A program made the translations under genes and the position numbers. From positions 1-41,341 of the forward strand of contig JALXBF010000155.1 in assembly GCA_026991575.1 (NCBI GenBank): a stretch of DNA of 41,341 bases, written 5' to 3'. This DNA is from Planctomycetota bacterium (lineage in GTDB: Bacteria; Planctomycetota; Planctomycetia; JALXBF01). Position 1 is the first letter of the stretch. Every line of letters starts with the position of its first letter. This document shows positions 1 through 9,463 of this stretch, piece by piece. The notes beneath the pieces were generated by a model. It was not told the DNA's origin. It did not search any database and worked only from the letters and a program-made list of their open reading frames with translations.

Positions 1-87
1 CTGAGAATCGAAGAGGAGCTCGGCACGGCGGCCGTGTATGCCGGCAGGCAAGCGTTCCGTTGTACAGGCACGGAACATCGGAGCTGA
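1..87 (+). CDS. eno: Enolase, C-terminal fragment (gene begins before the window)
   Basis: Frame 1 reads LRIEEELGTAAVYAGRQAFR...*, matching the conserved enolase C-terminus (LRIEEELG-x-A-x-Y-A-G); TGA at 85-87. Confidence 0.85.
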   Translation: MRIEEELGTAAVYAGRQAFRCTGTEHRS

Positions 88-460
88 ACCCGGAGGGGGG
101 CGACTACATCCGTCACGCCTTGCCAGGCCGCGCAAAGGCCGTTCCCGGGGGCCGCGACGGTTGCTGAGGCGAACACGGGTGGCACAGACGAGCCCTGGGT
201 TCTGCGGGACGGGGTGCCCGAGCGACCTGGCGGCAGCGTGGCGTGCCGGCCAGGCTGGGTTGCTCGGGGCGTCGGTTCGACGGCTCTTGCCTTCGGCAAC
301 ACTCCGTGCGCTTGATCGCCCTCGATCCGACCAATCAGCCGATCGGGGCGATTGATGATACTGGGACCCTTCCGACCGAAAACGATTGGCGGTATGCTTT
401 GGGTCATCGGGTGCACTGGGCCGGGCAGGAGCCCGGTTGGGTCTGAAGACTCGGACGCCA

Positions 461-488
461 TTGACTGGGCCGGAGGGATCGCTACAGT
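461..488 (+). promoter_or_regulatory. Putative sigma70 promoter for the small lipoprotein-scpA unit
   Basis: TTGACT-N16-TACAGT about 50 nt upstream of the GTG at 536. Confidence 0.4.
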
Positions 489-535
489 CGGAGGGTGGTC
501 CGTCAGGTAGTGGGAGCCGTTCACGGAGCGGTGGC

Positions 536-736
536 GTGGTCCGATTGGTGGTCGTTCTGATGCTGGCTATGGCTGGCTGTCGCGCACTGAGGCCGGAGAC
601 GCCTCCGCCACAGCCCTCCGCGAAACGGACCTCGGCGGCAGTGCCGAAACGCCAACTGACCGTCAGGCCGCGTCGGCCGACCCGCGAAGAAGTCGCTCGC
701 GAGTCGGTGCTGTACGAGTTAGGCGATCGCCGCTAG
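536..736 (+). CDS. Small putative lipoprotein (66 aa)
   Basis: GGAG upstream of GTG 536; hydrophobic stretch VVRLVVVLMLAMAGC ending in a lipobox-like Cys; stop just upstream of scpA. Confidence 0.5.
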   Translation: MVRLVVVLMLAMAGCRALRPETPPPQPSAKRTSAAVPKRQLTVRPRRPTREEVARESVLYELGDRR

Positions 737-749
737 AGCATCCGTGCCA

Positions 750-1550
750 ATGAGCACGATCCGCGAAGAAGAACTGGAACTGTTCGATTACCGCGTCGAG
801 CTGGACGTGTTCGCCGGGCCGCTTGACCTGTTGCTATACCTGGTCCAGCGCGACGAGATCGACATTTTCGATATCCCGATCGCACGGATCACCGAGCAGT
901 ACCTGCAATACCTCCGCGTTCTGGAACAGATCGACATGACACTGGCCGGTGAGTTTCTGGTCATGGCCAGCACGCTCATGGAGATCAAGTCGCGCATGCT
1001 CCTGCCGCAGGCCGCGGGGGACGACGCGGCGGAGCAAGAAGACCAGGAGGATCCGCGGCGGGAGCTCGTGCGACAGCTTCTTGAGTACCGCCGCTTCCGC
1101 CGCGCCGCGGAAACGCTTCAGCAGCTCGCCGACGAAGCGTCCCTGGTCTACGCCCGCTCATCCCGGCCCGACGCAGACATGGATGAGCTCGCTCAGCCCG
1201 CCGAGCTCATGTACCAGGGGGTTCAGGTCTGGGATCTTGTTGCGGCCTTCGGTCGTCTGATGCGCGACATGGCGACCGCCACGGCAGCGTCGCGCGTGGT
1301 CTACGACGAGACCCCCATCCACGTGCACATGGAACAGATTCTGGAGCAACTGAGGCGCCGCGGCCAGATCGCCTTCACGGAGTTGTTCCGTGACCGTCCG
1401 GACCGCTCGCGCATGATCGGCATCTTCCTGGCACTGCTTGAGCTGGTGAAAGCCGGCAAGGTGCGTGCTGAACAGAACGAGCTCTTCGGCGAAATCTGGA
1501 TCCTGCCTGCCGATCACTGCTCCACCGGTCCGGCCGCTGAGGCCGGCTAA
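750..1550 (+). CDS. scpA: Segregation and condensation protein A (kleisin)
   Basis: FAGPLDLLLYLV, DIPIARITEQYL, EFLVMASTLMEIKSRMLLP, FLALLELVK, EQNELFGEI motifs; ATG 750 or GTG 744. Confidence 0.95.
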   Translation: MSTIREEELELFDYRVELDVFAGPLDLLLYLVQRDEIDIFDIPIARITEQYLQYLRVLEQIDMTLAGEFLVMASTLMEIKSRMLLPQAAGDDAAEQEDQEDPRRELVRQLLEYRRFRRAAETLQQLADEASLVYARSSRPDADMDELAQPAELMYQGVQVWDLVAAFGRLMRDMATATAASRVVYDETPIHVHMEQILEQLRRRGQIAFTELFRDRPDRSRMIGIFLALLELVKAGKVRAEQNELFGEIWILPADHCSTGPAAEAG

Positions 1551-2132
1551 GGCAGCTTGGCCACAACGAAGACGAGGCACTCCGATCCCTCTGTTCCGAC
1601 TCCCCCCTGGGTCGAACATGCCGAATGAACCGACTAGCCAGGGTGCAATTCGACTCTTGCGCACGTACCACCGGCACGGGCCGCTGCGCGGTGAGGGGCG
1701 GCAATCGGTGGATGAGCGGCTTTCGAACGGGCCAGAGCGTGCGTATTCTGTCGCGGGCGCGTCGGCCAATAAGCGGCCGGATAGGTTGATCCCCCCGGGG
1801 CGCCACGTTGATCCAACAGGGCGCGTGTGGCCACATTAGCTTCTTTCCTCTTCGGCCAACGCCACCGGTTTTACCCACAGCATCGGGGACCACGCCAAAT
1901 CGTGGGCTTTCCAACCAACGGGACACAGCTCCTGCCACCGGCGCCGTATCGCACGTCGCACAGGCCTGGCGTCGGCCTGTGTGGTTCGGCTTGGCACAGG
2001 CATCGCTCCGGTGCTGGGCACGGACCAGGCCTGCGCGCAGTACGGGAAAAAAACGCTCTTGTGGCCTCGGTGCTATCCATTCTGGCCAGGGCCGCGAAGC
2101 CCCACGGCCACCTCACCAGCGGAGGTGTTTGC

Positions 2133-2264
2133 ATGGGATCGTCTTCCCATCCCCTCGTGCTCGGCTGCGAGAAACACTGCTACGACGGCACATCCTCCTT
2201 CGGTCGCCCAGGCACCGGCGCTACGAATGCGGACTTCGATCCGCTGGCCCCGAAGTGCTTGTAA
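2133..2264 (+). CDS. Putative small protein (43 aa)
   Basis: Perfect SD GGAGGT at 2121-2126, 6 nt before ATG; no recognisable homology. Confidence 0.3.
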   Translation: MGSSSHPLVLGCEKHCYDGTSSFGRPGTGATNADFDPLAPKCL

Positions 2265-2326
2265 TCCACCGTCCCAACGGTTAGGATGAAGCGGCCATCG
2301 GACCTTCACTTTGTTGAGATCTTTGC

Positions 2327-2878
2327 GTGGACTTCGTCCAGTTGCTGCACGATGCCCGGCTTGGGGACGCGGCGGCCCTGGCCCGGCTGCTTGATCGCTG
2401 GCGTCCTGTGCTAACACTGCAGGCGCGGCTGCTATTGCGGAACCGGGCGGCGGATTCTGCTCAGCTGGCGCAGCTCGTCCAGGCAGCGCTCGCGCACGCA
2501 AGGCGTGACCTGCCCATCTTCCGAGGAACGACGCAGAGACAATGGGTCCAGCAACTCTGCGCCGCGCTCGCCGCAAGAGTAGCTGTTGCACACGGCGCAT
2601 GGAACCCGGGCACAGCAGAAGTGCCCGACGAACCGCCGGGAAGCTGGTCCACGATCGATTGCGAAGACTTACATCGTGAAGTCGACTGCGAACAAGAGCT
2701 CGCCCTGGCGACAGCCATCGAGGCGCTTCCCGGTCCGATGCGCGAGGTGTTGTTGCGGCGTGCTTTGGAGCAGCAGTCGTTCGAACAGATCGCCCGCGCC
2801 TTGGCCTGCCCTCCGGCCAGCGTCCGTATCCTGTGGATCAATGTCCTCCGCACGCTACGGGAAGCCCTGGCCCGCTGA
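2327..2878 (+). CDS. ECF-type RNA polymerase sigma factor (divergent, kinase-associated)
   Basis: ARLGDAAALARLLDRWRP start of region 2, FRGTT loop, region 4 AIEALPGPMREVLLRRALEQQSFEQIARAL...SVRILW. Confidence 0.75.
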   Translation: MDFVQLLHDARLGDAAALARLLDRWRPVLTLQARLLLRNRAADSAQLAQLVQAALAHARRDLPIFRGTTQRQWVQQLCAALAARVAVAHGAWNPGTAEVPDEPPGSWSTIDCEDLHREVDCEQELALATAIEALPGPMREVLLRRALEQQSFEQIARALACPPASVRILWINVLRTLREALAR

Positions 2879-2949
2879 GCGTTCTCAAGTTCCTGACAGG
2901 GCCGGCCTACCTGACACTGTCAGCGCGCTTGGAGGAACGGAGTCAAACC

Positions 2950-4785
2950 ATGAGCGAGGCAGAGCGGCGGGCAGATCCGAAAGGTCGTTCGTCAGGTCCG
3001 GCGAGGCATGTCTTGGCCGCGGCGCAGGATCACTCCTGCAGTGGCCAGGGTTCGGTCCGGCAGGCAGACCAGTTCCATGCTGCGGATCTACGGTTGGCTC
3101 GCGATCTGGAGCAGTACCTGGCGGCGCGGTCGGACTGCACCGGCTCCGAGCAGCCGCCCGCAGCACCAGAGGAGCTGGCCGCACTGGTCGAGGTGTTCTG
3201 TCACGTGCAGGCGCTACTCCGCAAGCTGGCCACGCAGGGCACGCAGCGCGCTGGGTCTGAGCCCCCCGAGCGCATCGGCAAGTACGAGGTCTGCCGGCTG
3301 CTCGGCTCAGGTGGGCAAGCTCAAAGTTGGCTGTCGTTCGATCCGGATCTACGACGGCATGCTGTGATCAAGCTCTATCACGACGCAACGTCCGAGAAGG
3401 ACCGTGAGGCGGTGCTACGTGAGGGGCGAGCGCTGGCGCGGGTCCGCAGCCCGTACATCGCTCAGTGCTACGGCGTGGACCGCCTGGAGGACGGCACGCC
3501 GTATCTGGTACTTGAGTACACCGCAAGCCGCGGGCTGGACGAGGTGGCAGCTGACCGACAACTCCTGCCTGAACAGGCCGTGGCACTCATTGCGCAGCTC
3601 GCCGAGGGGCTTGCGGCCGTGCACGGCTGCGGGTTGTTACACCACGACATCACTCCGGCCAACGTGCTCATCGGCGATGACGGGATCCCGCGGTTGGTGG
3701 ACTTCGGGTTGGCTGAACCGCCCGGAAGCGGCAAAGAGGGCAGTGTTCAAGGAACGCCTCAATTCATGCCTCCCGAACAGGCACGAGGAGAGCCGGACCG
3801 CATCGACACGCGCAGTGACATCTTTGGCCTGGGGAGCGTGCTGTACTGGTTGCTAACCGGGCAAGCTCCATTTGAGGCTGACGATCCGGCCACCGCCTGG
3901 CACAAGGCACGCGTCGGCGAGATGCCGTCTGTCAAACAACTGGCCCCGCAGACACCCGCCTGGATCGCCGCCGTGTGCATGCGATGCCTGGCAGCCAAAC
4001 CGGAGGAGCGCTTTGCTTCCGCCAACGACTTGTTGCAGGCGATCCGCGAGCATCGGTCGGTGCGAAGACCGATCCCGTGGATTGTCGCGATCGTCGGAAT
4101 AATCGTTGCAGGAATGGCCCTCACGCTGGCGGCCTTCTGGGAGCACTACAGCAGCTCACCGGCCGCTTCGCCGGGTAGAACCGCCGGTGGCGTATCCGAA
4201 TCCGGCCCAGCGGTGACCGAATCGACGGTCAGCAACGCGCTGGCCGCTCCAGGAGCTATCCTCCATCCCGAACGGCGATTCCGGAAAGACTTTGCGCTGA
4301 GCGTCCGGCTTGGCGGTCGAGCCCCGTCGCACAATGAGATGCTAAAGCTGCCCGAGAATGACACGCTTACGCTGACAGTGGAAGCCGATCACGACTCGTA
4401 CATCGGCGTCTGGTGGCTGGCTTCGTCAGGCAGCGTCGTGCGCGTGTTCCCCAACCGCTACGAGCACGACAACGCGCTGCGGGCGGGCAAGTCCCGTAGC
4501 ATTCCGGGAAACGACCGCTATCTCCTGCGTGTCCCCGGCCCGGACGGGGGCGTGGCACACTTCTATGCCCTGGCAGCCAGCGAATCCTGGCCGCTGAGCA
4601 GCGGTCCAGCCAATGGGCCGTTCACGCTCTTCCACGGCGCCCACGACTTGGAACGGTGGCGCGACTCGCAGCAGGGCGCCCTGTTGGTTCCCCGCCGCCG
4701 CAGGATTCTCGTTTCCGAGGCCCTGGTTCCGTTTCGCGTCGTGGCGGCCAACAGCAAGCAGGCCACCCGGGCGCACCGCCGCTAG
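2950..4785 (+). CDS. Membrane Ser/Thr protein kinase with C-terminal DUF4384-like domain
   Basis: LGSGGQA glycine loop, AVIK, HHDITPAN, DFG, GTPQFMPPE, DIFGLG; one TM helix (IPWIVAIVGIIVAGMALTLAAFW); C-terminal SGSVVRVFPNRY...DNALRAG...IPG. Confidence 0.9.
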   Translation: MSEAERRADPKGRSSGPARHVLAAAQDHSCSGQGSVRQADQFHAADLRLARDLEQYLAARSDCTGSEQPPAAPEELAALVEVFCHVQALLRKLATQGTQRAGSEPPERIGKYEVCRLLGSGGQAQSWLSFDPDLRRHAVIKLYHDATSEKDREAVLREGRALARVRSPYIAQCYGVDRLEDGTPYLVLEYTASRGLDEVAADRQLLPEQAVALIAQLAEGLAAVHGCGLLHHDITPANVLIGDDGIPRLVDFGLAEPPGSGKEGSVQGTPQFMPPEQARGEPDRIDTRSDIFGLGSVLYWLLTGQAPFEADDPATAWHKARVGEMPSVKQLAPQTPAWIAAVCMRCLAAKPEERFASANDLLQAIREHRSVRRPIPWIVAIVGIIVAGMALTLAAFWEHYSSSPAASPGRTAGGVSESGPAVTESTVSNALAAPGAILHPERRFRKDFALSVRLGGRAPSHNEMLKLPENDTLTLTVEADHDSYIGVWWLASSGSVVRVFPNRYEHDNALRAGKSRSIPGNDRYLLRVPGPDGGVAHFYALAASESWPLSSGPANGPFTLFHGAHDLERWRDSQQGALLVPRRRRILVSEALVPFRVVAANSKQATRAHRR

Positions 4786-5267
4786 CACGTCCTGCTGCCC
4801 TCTCCGGCAACCCGAGCCCTTCCGCAGGACGCCACCGCCGCACCTCCGGGTGCTCCTCCACGCTCGGTGCCTGAGCGCAACTGCCACTCTTCGGTCGACT
4901 GGCCATTGGGCACGGGGTACCGGTTCGTTGCCTCGGCTGCTAGCCCATCGCCAGCAGCGAGGACCGTGCAGGTCGAGCTTCTGCGCAGATGGCCACCGCC
5001 AATTCGCCATGGGCCCCCCTTCCGAGCAAGACCCCGACCGGCGCGGACGATAGCTAGGCTGCTGCGGCCGGTTGCGCGGGTCCTGCTCCGGCGGCTTGCC
5101 CGCAGAGCGCATCGGTGGCGCTGGCCGCTTCGCATTGGACGGGAAGCTCACGCCAAATGCAGGCGCCACGCGCGCAGGTTACCAGAAGCCCGTGCAACGC
5201 CACGAAGCTGGCACCGGTCCCGTCACCACTCCCAGTCGCCTGCAGCCGGTCCTGGGTTGCGGGTCGG

Positions 5268-6692
5268 TTACTCGTTGCCCTCTTCGAGCTTTGCCTGGAG
5301 CCGTTCCCGCGCGGCGATTGAGGGCGTGTGAGTGGGGACCTGGTTCAGGGCAACATCGTACCAGCCGTAGGCGTCCCTGAACCAGCCGATCTGTTCGCAG
5401 TATTGTCCGATTTGATAGGCCAGGTCGCAGCGGGCCTGCTCGTCTGCGAGCACATCCCACTCGTTGCGGAAGCGCGCGAACTGCTCCAGCAGCTTGTCCC
5501 AGATTTCCTGCAACTCCTTACTGCGGGCGATGTGCTGCTGTGCCTGTTCCTGTTTGCCGATGCGCATGAGCATCTGGCCAAGCTGGTAGTGGTTCTCCGA
5601 GCTCCACGGGTTCAGCTTGACCGCTTGTTGGGCTGCCTCGGCGGCTTCCTTGCTCCGTCCGAGCACGCTGAGCAGCTGCGCCCGGAACCGCCAGCAGACA
5701 TCGGACGATTCGGCTGCTTTCGGGATCTGCGACAAAGCTCGCTCAATTTGGATCGACTCACCTACGCGGGCCAGGCAGCGAAGCCACGCTTCCCACATGA
5801 TCGGGTCATTGGGCGCTTCCTGGACGCAGCGGATTAGATAACCGCGGGCTTCGGAGGCGTTGGCCGCCTCGAGGTGGTAGATGCCCAGGGCGCGGCGTGT
5901 GTAGACGTCCTTCGGATCAAGCTCAATGGCCGGCTCTAGCTGAGCAATCGCCACGCTCGGGTCGACCATCTCGACTTCGTAACGGAGTCTGGACGCAAGC
6001 GGTTCGTGACGTCGCTCGGGCAACTCGTTCTGGTACGCTTCCCACGTGATGCGGCGGAAATCGGGCCGCCGTCGCTCCAAAGCGTACATCCCGGCCAGCT
6101 CCCGCCGCGCGGCTTGCTGGATTTCAGGCAACCCCACAATGGCCTGCTTCGGACGCAGTGCCAGGACTTGCTTGAAGCAGTCTTCGGCCTTGCGGCGATA
6201 GCGTGCTTCCAGCCAGGCCTGCCCTGCACGGAACAGCACCCGGGCCCGGACCAGAGGCGACCCTTGGATCTGTTCCAACACTTCGGCCGCCTCCTTGTAC
6301 CGCTCCTGCGCGGCGAGCACCCGTGCCAGCAGGATCTGATACTCGATGTTTTCCGGCTCCCGCTCAAGAAGCTGACGCACGATCTGATCAGCCTCGGCGA
6401 ACTGCCCAACGCGAAGCAGTTCCTCGGCCGCAGCCGGGGTTACCGGAACCGACGGTTGTCGCAGCGCATTCCAGGCAACGACCGAGCCGATCACCAGGAA
6501 GACGACCACGGCGATGGCCACCAGGTACTTCGCCCCCTGTGCCCGTGCCTGTTCGGACAACCCCGCTTCCGCCACCCCATCCGCCGTCGCAGCAGTCTGA
6601 GCAGCCGTCGGCTGTTGGCCAGCAGCCGCGTTCGGCTGATCGTGCGACTCGAGCGCTTCGTCTTTCTTCTCGTTGCTAACCTGGTCGGCCAC
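5268..6692 (-). CDS. Membrane-anchored tetratricopeptide repeat protein
   Basis: N-terminal TM helix followed by many TPR-like helical repeats; SD AGGAG before GTG. Confidence 0.85.
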   Translation of the reverse strand: MADQVSNEKKDEALESHDQPNAAAGQQPTAAQTAATADGVAEAGLSEQARAQGAKYLVAIAVVVFLVIGSVVAWNALRQPSVPVTPAAAEELLRVGQFAEADQIVRQLLEREPENIEYQILLARVLAAQERYKEAAEVLEQIQGSPLVRARVLFRAGQAWLEARYRRKAEDCFKQVLALRPKQAIVGLPEIQQAARRELAGMYALERRRPDFRRITWEAYQNELPERRHEPLASRLRYEVEMVDPSVAIAQLEPAIELDPKDVYTRRALGIYHLEAANASEARGYLIRCVQEAPNDPIMWEAWLRCLARVGESIQIERALSQIPKAAESSDVCWRFRAQLLSVLGRSKEAAEAAQQAVKLNPWSSENHYQLGQMLMRIGKQEQAQQHIARSKELQEIWDKLLEQFARFRNEWDVLADEQARCDLAYQIGQYCEQIGWFRDAYGWYDVALNQVPTHTPSIAARERLQAKLEEGNE

Positions 6693-6880
6693 AGGTCTGG
6701 CTCCTGACTGTACGAATCGAACGGATTTCCTTTCAGTCTACCGCGTGCACCGCTAAATCTGTACGCAACAACCGGACCGGGTGGTTGTGCCGAAAGGCGC
6801 GGGCAGACCGCCGCCGGCAACCGGATAAAATAGCGTTGGCTTATGCACTGTCGTGCACAAGTCGCTTCCGGACGGAGCTG

Positions 6881-7546
6881 ATGGCAGCCCACAACAACCG
6901 AGGAGACGTCCCAAGCCGTTCGGTCAGCTCGCACGCCCTGCTGGTGGAACGGATTCGGCAAGGGGACCAGGAGGCGTGGGCTCAGTTTGTTGCCGAATAC
7001 GAAGGAAGGCTGCTGGCGTTCATCGAGCCGCGCGTGCCGACGGTTCAGGACGCCGAGGACATCGTTCAGGAGACGTTGATCGGATTCCTACGCAGCCTTC
7101 CAAGCTACGACCCGCGACGGGATCTTTCGTCCTATCTGTTTGCGATCGCCGCGCACAAGCTGACCGACTGGCTGCGACGCAACGGCCGCCGGCCATGGGA
7201 TTCGGCCAGCTCCGTCGACGACCACGGCCGCCCGCTGGAAGAGTTCAGCGGTCCGGGCCGGACAGCATCGACTATCCTTCGCAGCCGCGAAGGGCACGCT
7301 CAGGACGAACAGCGCCTGGCCGCGGCGCTGGCTCAGCTGGTCCGCCGTTGGAAAGAACAGGGCCAGTGGGAGCGACTGAAGTGCATCGAGCTATTGTTTG
7401 TCCGTGGCTGGCGGAACAAGGACGTGGCGGCTGCCTTGGGCATGGGTGAGCAGCAGGTGGCAAACCTCAAGTTCCAGACCATCGCCCAGTTGAAACAACT
7501 GGTGGGCAACGTCCCGGCCGTCCTGAAGTTGGAAGAAAGCAGCTAG
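6881..7546 (+). CDS. ECF RNA polymerase sigma factor
   Basis: GDQEAW...DAEDIVQETL...YDPRR..YLFAIA region 2; GWRNKDVAAALG region 4 HTH; GGAG before ATG 6881. Confidence 0.9.
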   Translation: MAAHNNRGDVPSRSVSSHALLVERIRQGDQEAWAQFVAEYEGRLLAFIEPRVPTVQDAEDIVQETLIGFLRSLPSYDPRRDLSSYLFAIAAHKLTDWLRRNGRRPWDSASSVDDHGRPLEEFSGPGRTASTILRSREGHAQDEQRLAAALAQLVRRWKEQGQWERLKCIELLFVRGWRNKDVAAALGMGEQQVANLKFQTIAQLKQLVGNVPAVLKLEESS

Positions 7547-7568
7547 GTCTGTCATAGGGGCTGGCGTC

Positions 7569-7991
7569 TTGGCGCATAGACCGAGCTACATTTCCGACGA
7601 GGAGTTGCTCGCTTATCGCGAGGAGCGGCTTCGGGTCGAGGATCTGGCACGCATAGAGCAGGCGTTGCGGGAGTCGCGTCAGCTGCGCGAGCGGCTTGCG
7701 CAGCTGGTCGAGGAAGAGGATCGCGGCTGGTACAGCGTCGGTGCCGTGTGGCGTGCCCATCGGATCAGCTGCCCTGACCGCGACACGCTTGCCGCCTACT
7801 GTTGCGGTGCCCTGCCGCAGAACGAGGCTGACTACATTCGTTTCCACATCGACGTCGTGGGCTGCCGACTGTGTGAGGCTGAGCTCACGGACGCTCAGCG
7901 GCGGCAACAAGCAGAAGAGGAGGCTCGCGCCACCCCCCGGCGAAAGCGTCTCTACGAATCCAGTCTCCGGTATCTGCCGAGCGATCGATGA
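7569..7991 (+). CDS. Putative soluble zinc-binding anti-sigma factor (zf-HC2-like)
   Basis: CPDRDTLAAY...HIDVVGCRLC; immediately downstream of the ECF sigma; no TM segment. Confidence 0.75.
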   Translation: MAHRPSYISDEELLAYREERLRVEDLARIEQALRESRQLRERLAQLVEEEDRGWYSVGAVWRAHRISCPDRDTLAAYCCGALPQNEADYIRFHIDVVGCRLCEAELTDAQRRQQAEEEARATPRRKRLYESSLRYLPSDR

Positions 7992-8219
7992 CCGCTCAGC
8001 CCAGGCCGCGGCGTTTCCGTAATTGAACCGGTGTGGAAGCCGTGTTGTTGCCTTGGCAGACTCATCATCGGTCGCCGGTGCTGCGTGAAGGCCGGGCGGT
8101 GGCAGTTCACGCGCGCCTAGAGCGTATTCTGCCAGGGCCCCCCTAGTCAGTTACTCCCATGGTCAAGGCCTTTGCTTGCCTCGATCCCCGCGACTCAGCC
8201 GGTTACATGCTGCGCGGTA

Positions 8220-8237
8220 CCGAGGCTTCGGCCTCGG
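8220..8237. other. Perfect hairpin with C(UUCG)G tetraloop between convergent genes
   Basis: CCGAGGC-TTCG-GCCTCGG. Confidence 0.45.
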
Positions 8238-8366
8238 GGCACTCCGACCGCGTGCAAGCTCTCGCCACGCCCAATCAGACAGCGGCCCGTGCCGGGCCGG
8301 CGGTCCGTGTGGCGCCGGACCCGGCACGGTCGACGACGTCTGAACCGCAGCCGTCCGGTGCTCGCT

Positions 8367-8954
8367 TCACTTCTGCTGCTTCTGCTTGGGTGCGGGTGAA
8401 CGAAGGGGAATCGTATAGACCAGCGCCCCAACCGGTTGCCCTGGTTTGACGTTCTTGTAGTTGTCGTGGCACATGACGCACTTAGGCAGCACGACCGGCA
8501 CCGGGGTAGCTGCCCGGTAGAACCGCTTGCCACCCCGCTTTTCGACCCGCTCGACGTAACTCTTCCCCTGGCGTAGCAGCTTGACGGCAAGCTTCTCGAA
8601 CTCGTCCTGCGGCAGGTTTCCCTCGTCGGCCGGCTCGCCGCTCACATCGATCAACCTCACCTTGTGCCAGCCCCGCTTGCCGATTGCGTCGAACCACTGG
8701 ACGGCAGCTGCACCGGCCGGGAAATCGGTCTCGTTGTGCACGTACTTTTGCGTGATGAGCACGATAGCCAGTTTGTAGATGTCGTCTAGCATGCGAACCT
8801 CGCGGCGGGCCACAGGCAGGCTAACCTCTTTGGGAACATCTGCCGCGGTGTTCCGCTTCGGCTCGGCAGGTTTCTTAGCCGTATCGCCGGCAAGTGCGTA
8901 CATGGCCAGCGCAACTGTCGTAAGCGTTCCAACGAGGCATGCGATCTTGCGCAT
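8367..8954 (-). CDS. Exported DUF3365/Tll0287-like c-type heme protein
   Basis: Signal peptide MRKIACLVGTLTTVALAMYALA; NLPQDEFEK; C-terminal CVMCH heme-binding motif; GGAGG SD. Confidence 0.85.
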   Translation of the reverse strand: MRKIACLVGTLTTVALAMYALAGDTAKKPAEPKRNTAADVPKEVSLPVARREVRMLDDIYKLAIVLITQKYVHNETDFPAGAAAVQWFDAIGKRGWHKVRLIDVSGEPADEGNLPQDEFEKLAVKLLRQGKSYVERVEKRGGKRFYRAATPVPVVLPKCVMCHDNYKNVKPGQPVGALVYTIPLRSPAPKQKQQK

Positions 8955-9117
8955 CACCAGCCTCCGCTTGAAGAGAGGTTCTACTGTTGGGTGGGCCATC
9001 AGGGGCCGCAGTGGGCTCCAGAGGCAACAGGCCACCTGGCCCCGTACACCGTTGCACAAGCTGCGCTGAGGCGGGTCGCCTTTGGGGGGGACCCTCGTCA
9101 AGGAGGGTTTTAGAGCA

Positions 9118-9147
9118 AGGATAGCTAACTCTGGTTGACTTGTCAAC
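9118..9147 (-). promoter_or_regulatory. Sigma70 promoter with overlapping palindromic operator, upstream of the heme protein gene
   Basis: Minus strand TTGACA (9146-9141)-N17-TATCCT (9123-9118); palindrome GTTGAC-TT-GTCAAC at 9134-9147 overlaps the -35. Confidence 0.7.
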
Positions 9148-9463
9148 TTTATCATATCTCCATGCGTGCCAGGCACCTCCGCGGCATGCCCGGCTGCTTG
9201 GTGGCGGACCGGCGCGGAGACGATTGGGCCATTCCACTGAGGTGGCGGCGACGGACTCCTGCCGTGCGTCCAGGCAACGCCTTGCTTGAAGAGGCGGTCC
9301 AATGCGTCGCTGCTTGCCCGCCAGCACCCGCCAATGCCGCCCCGTAGTCGACCGGGTAATGACGCGGGCTGACAACGCTGCTTGGCCCGGTCCGATCGGG
9401 CAGCCTTGCGAAAGCTGCCATCTGCCCGTAGCATGCGCGCGCAGCATGAATGAGGACTTCGGC

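Noticed and set aside
243..446. 67-aa ORF and imperfect hairpin (ATCGCCCTCGATC/GATCGGGGCGAT) after eno
   Set aside because: No SD or homology; the hairpin lacks a U-tract, so neither a gene nor a terminator can be supported
4786..5267. Arg/Pro-rich ORFs in the gap between the kinase and the TPR gene
   Set aside because: Low-complexity GC-driven translations with no SD or motifs
9107..9150. GTTTTAGAGC...ATAGC...TCAACTT resembles a Cas9 repeat or sgRNA scaffold
   Set aside because: Single copy, no spacers or cas genes; the segment is explained by the minus-strand sigma70 promoter
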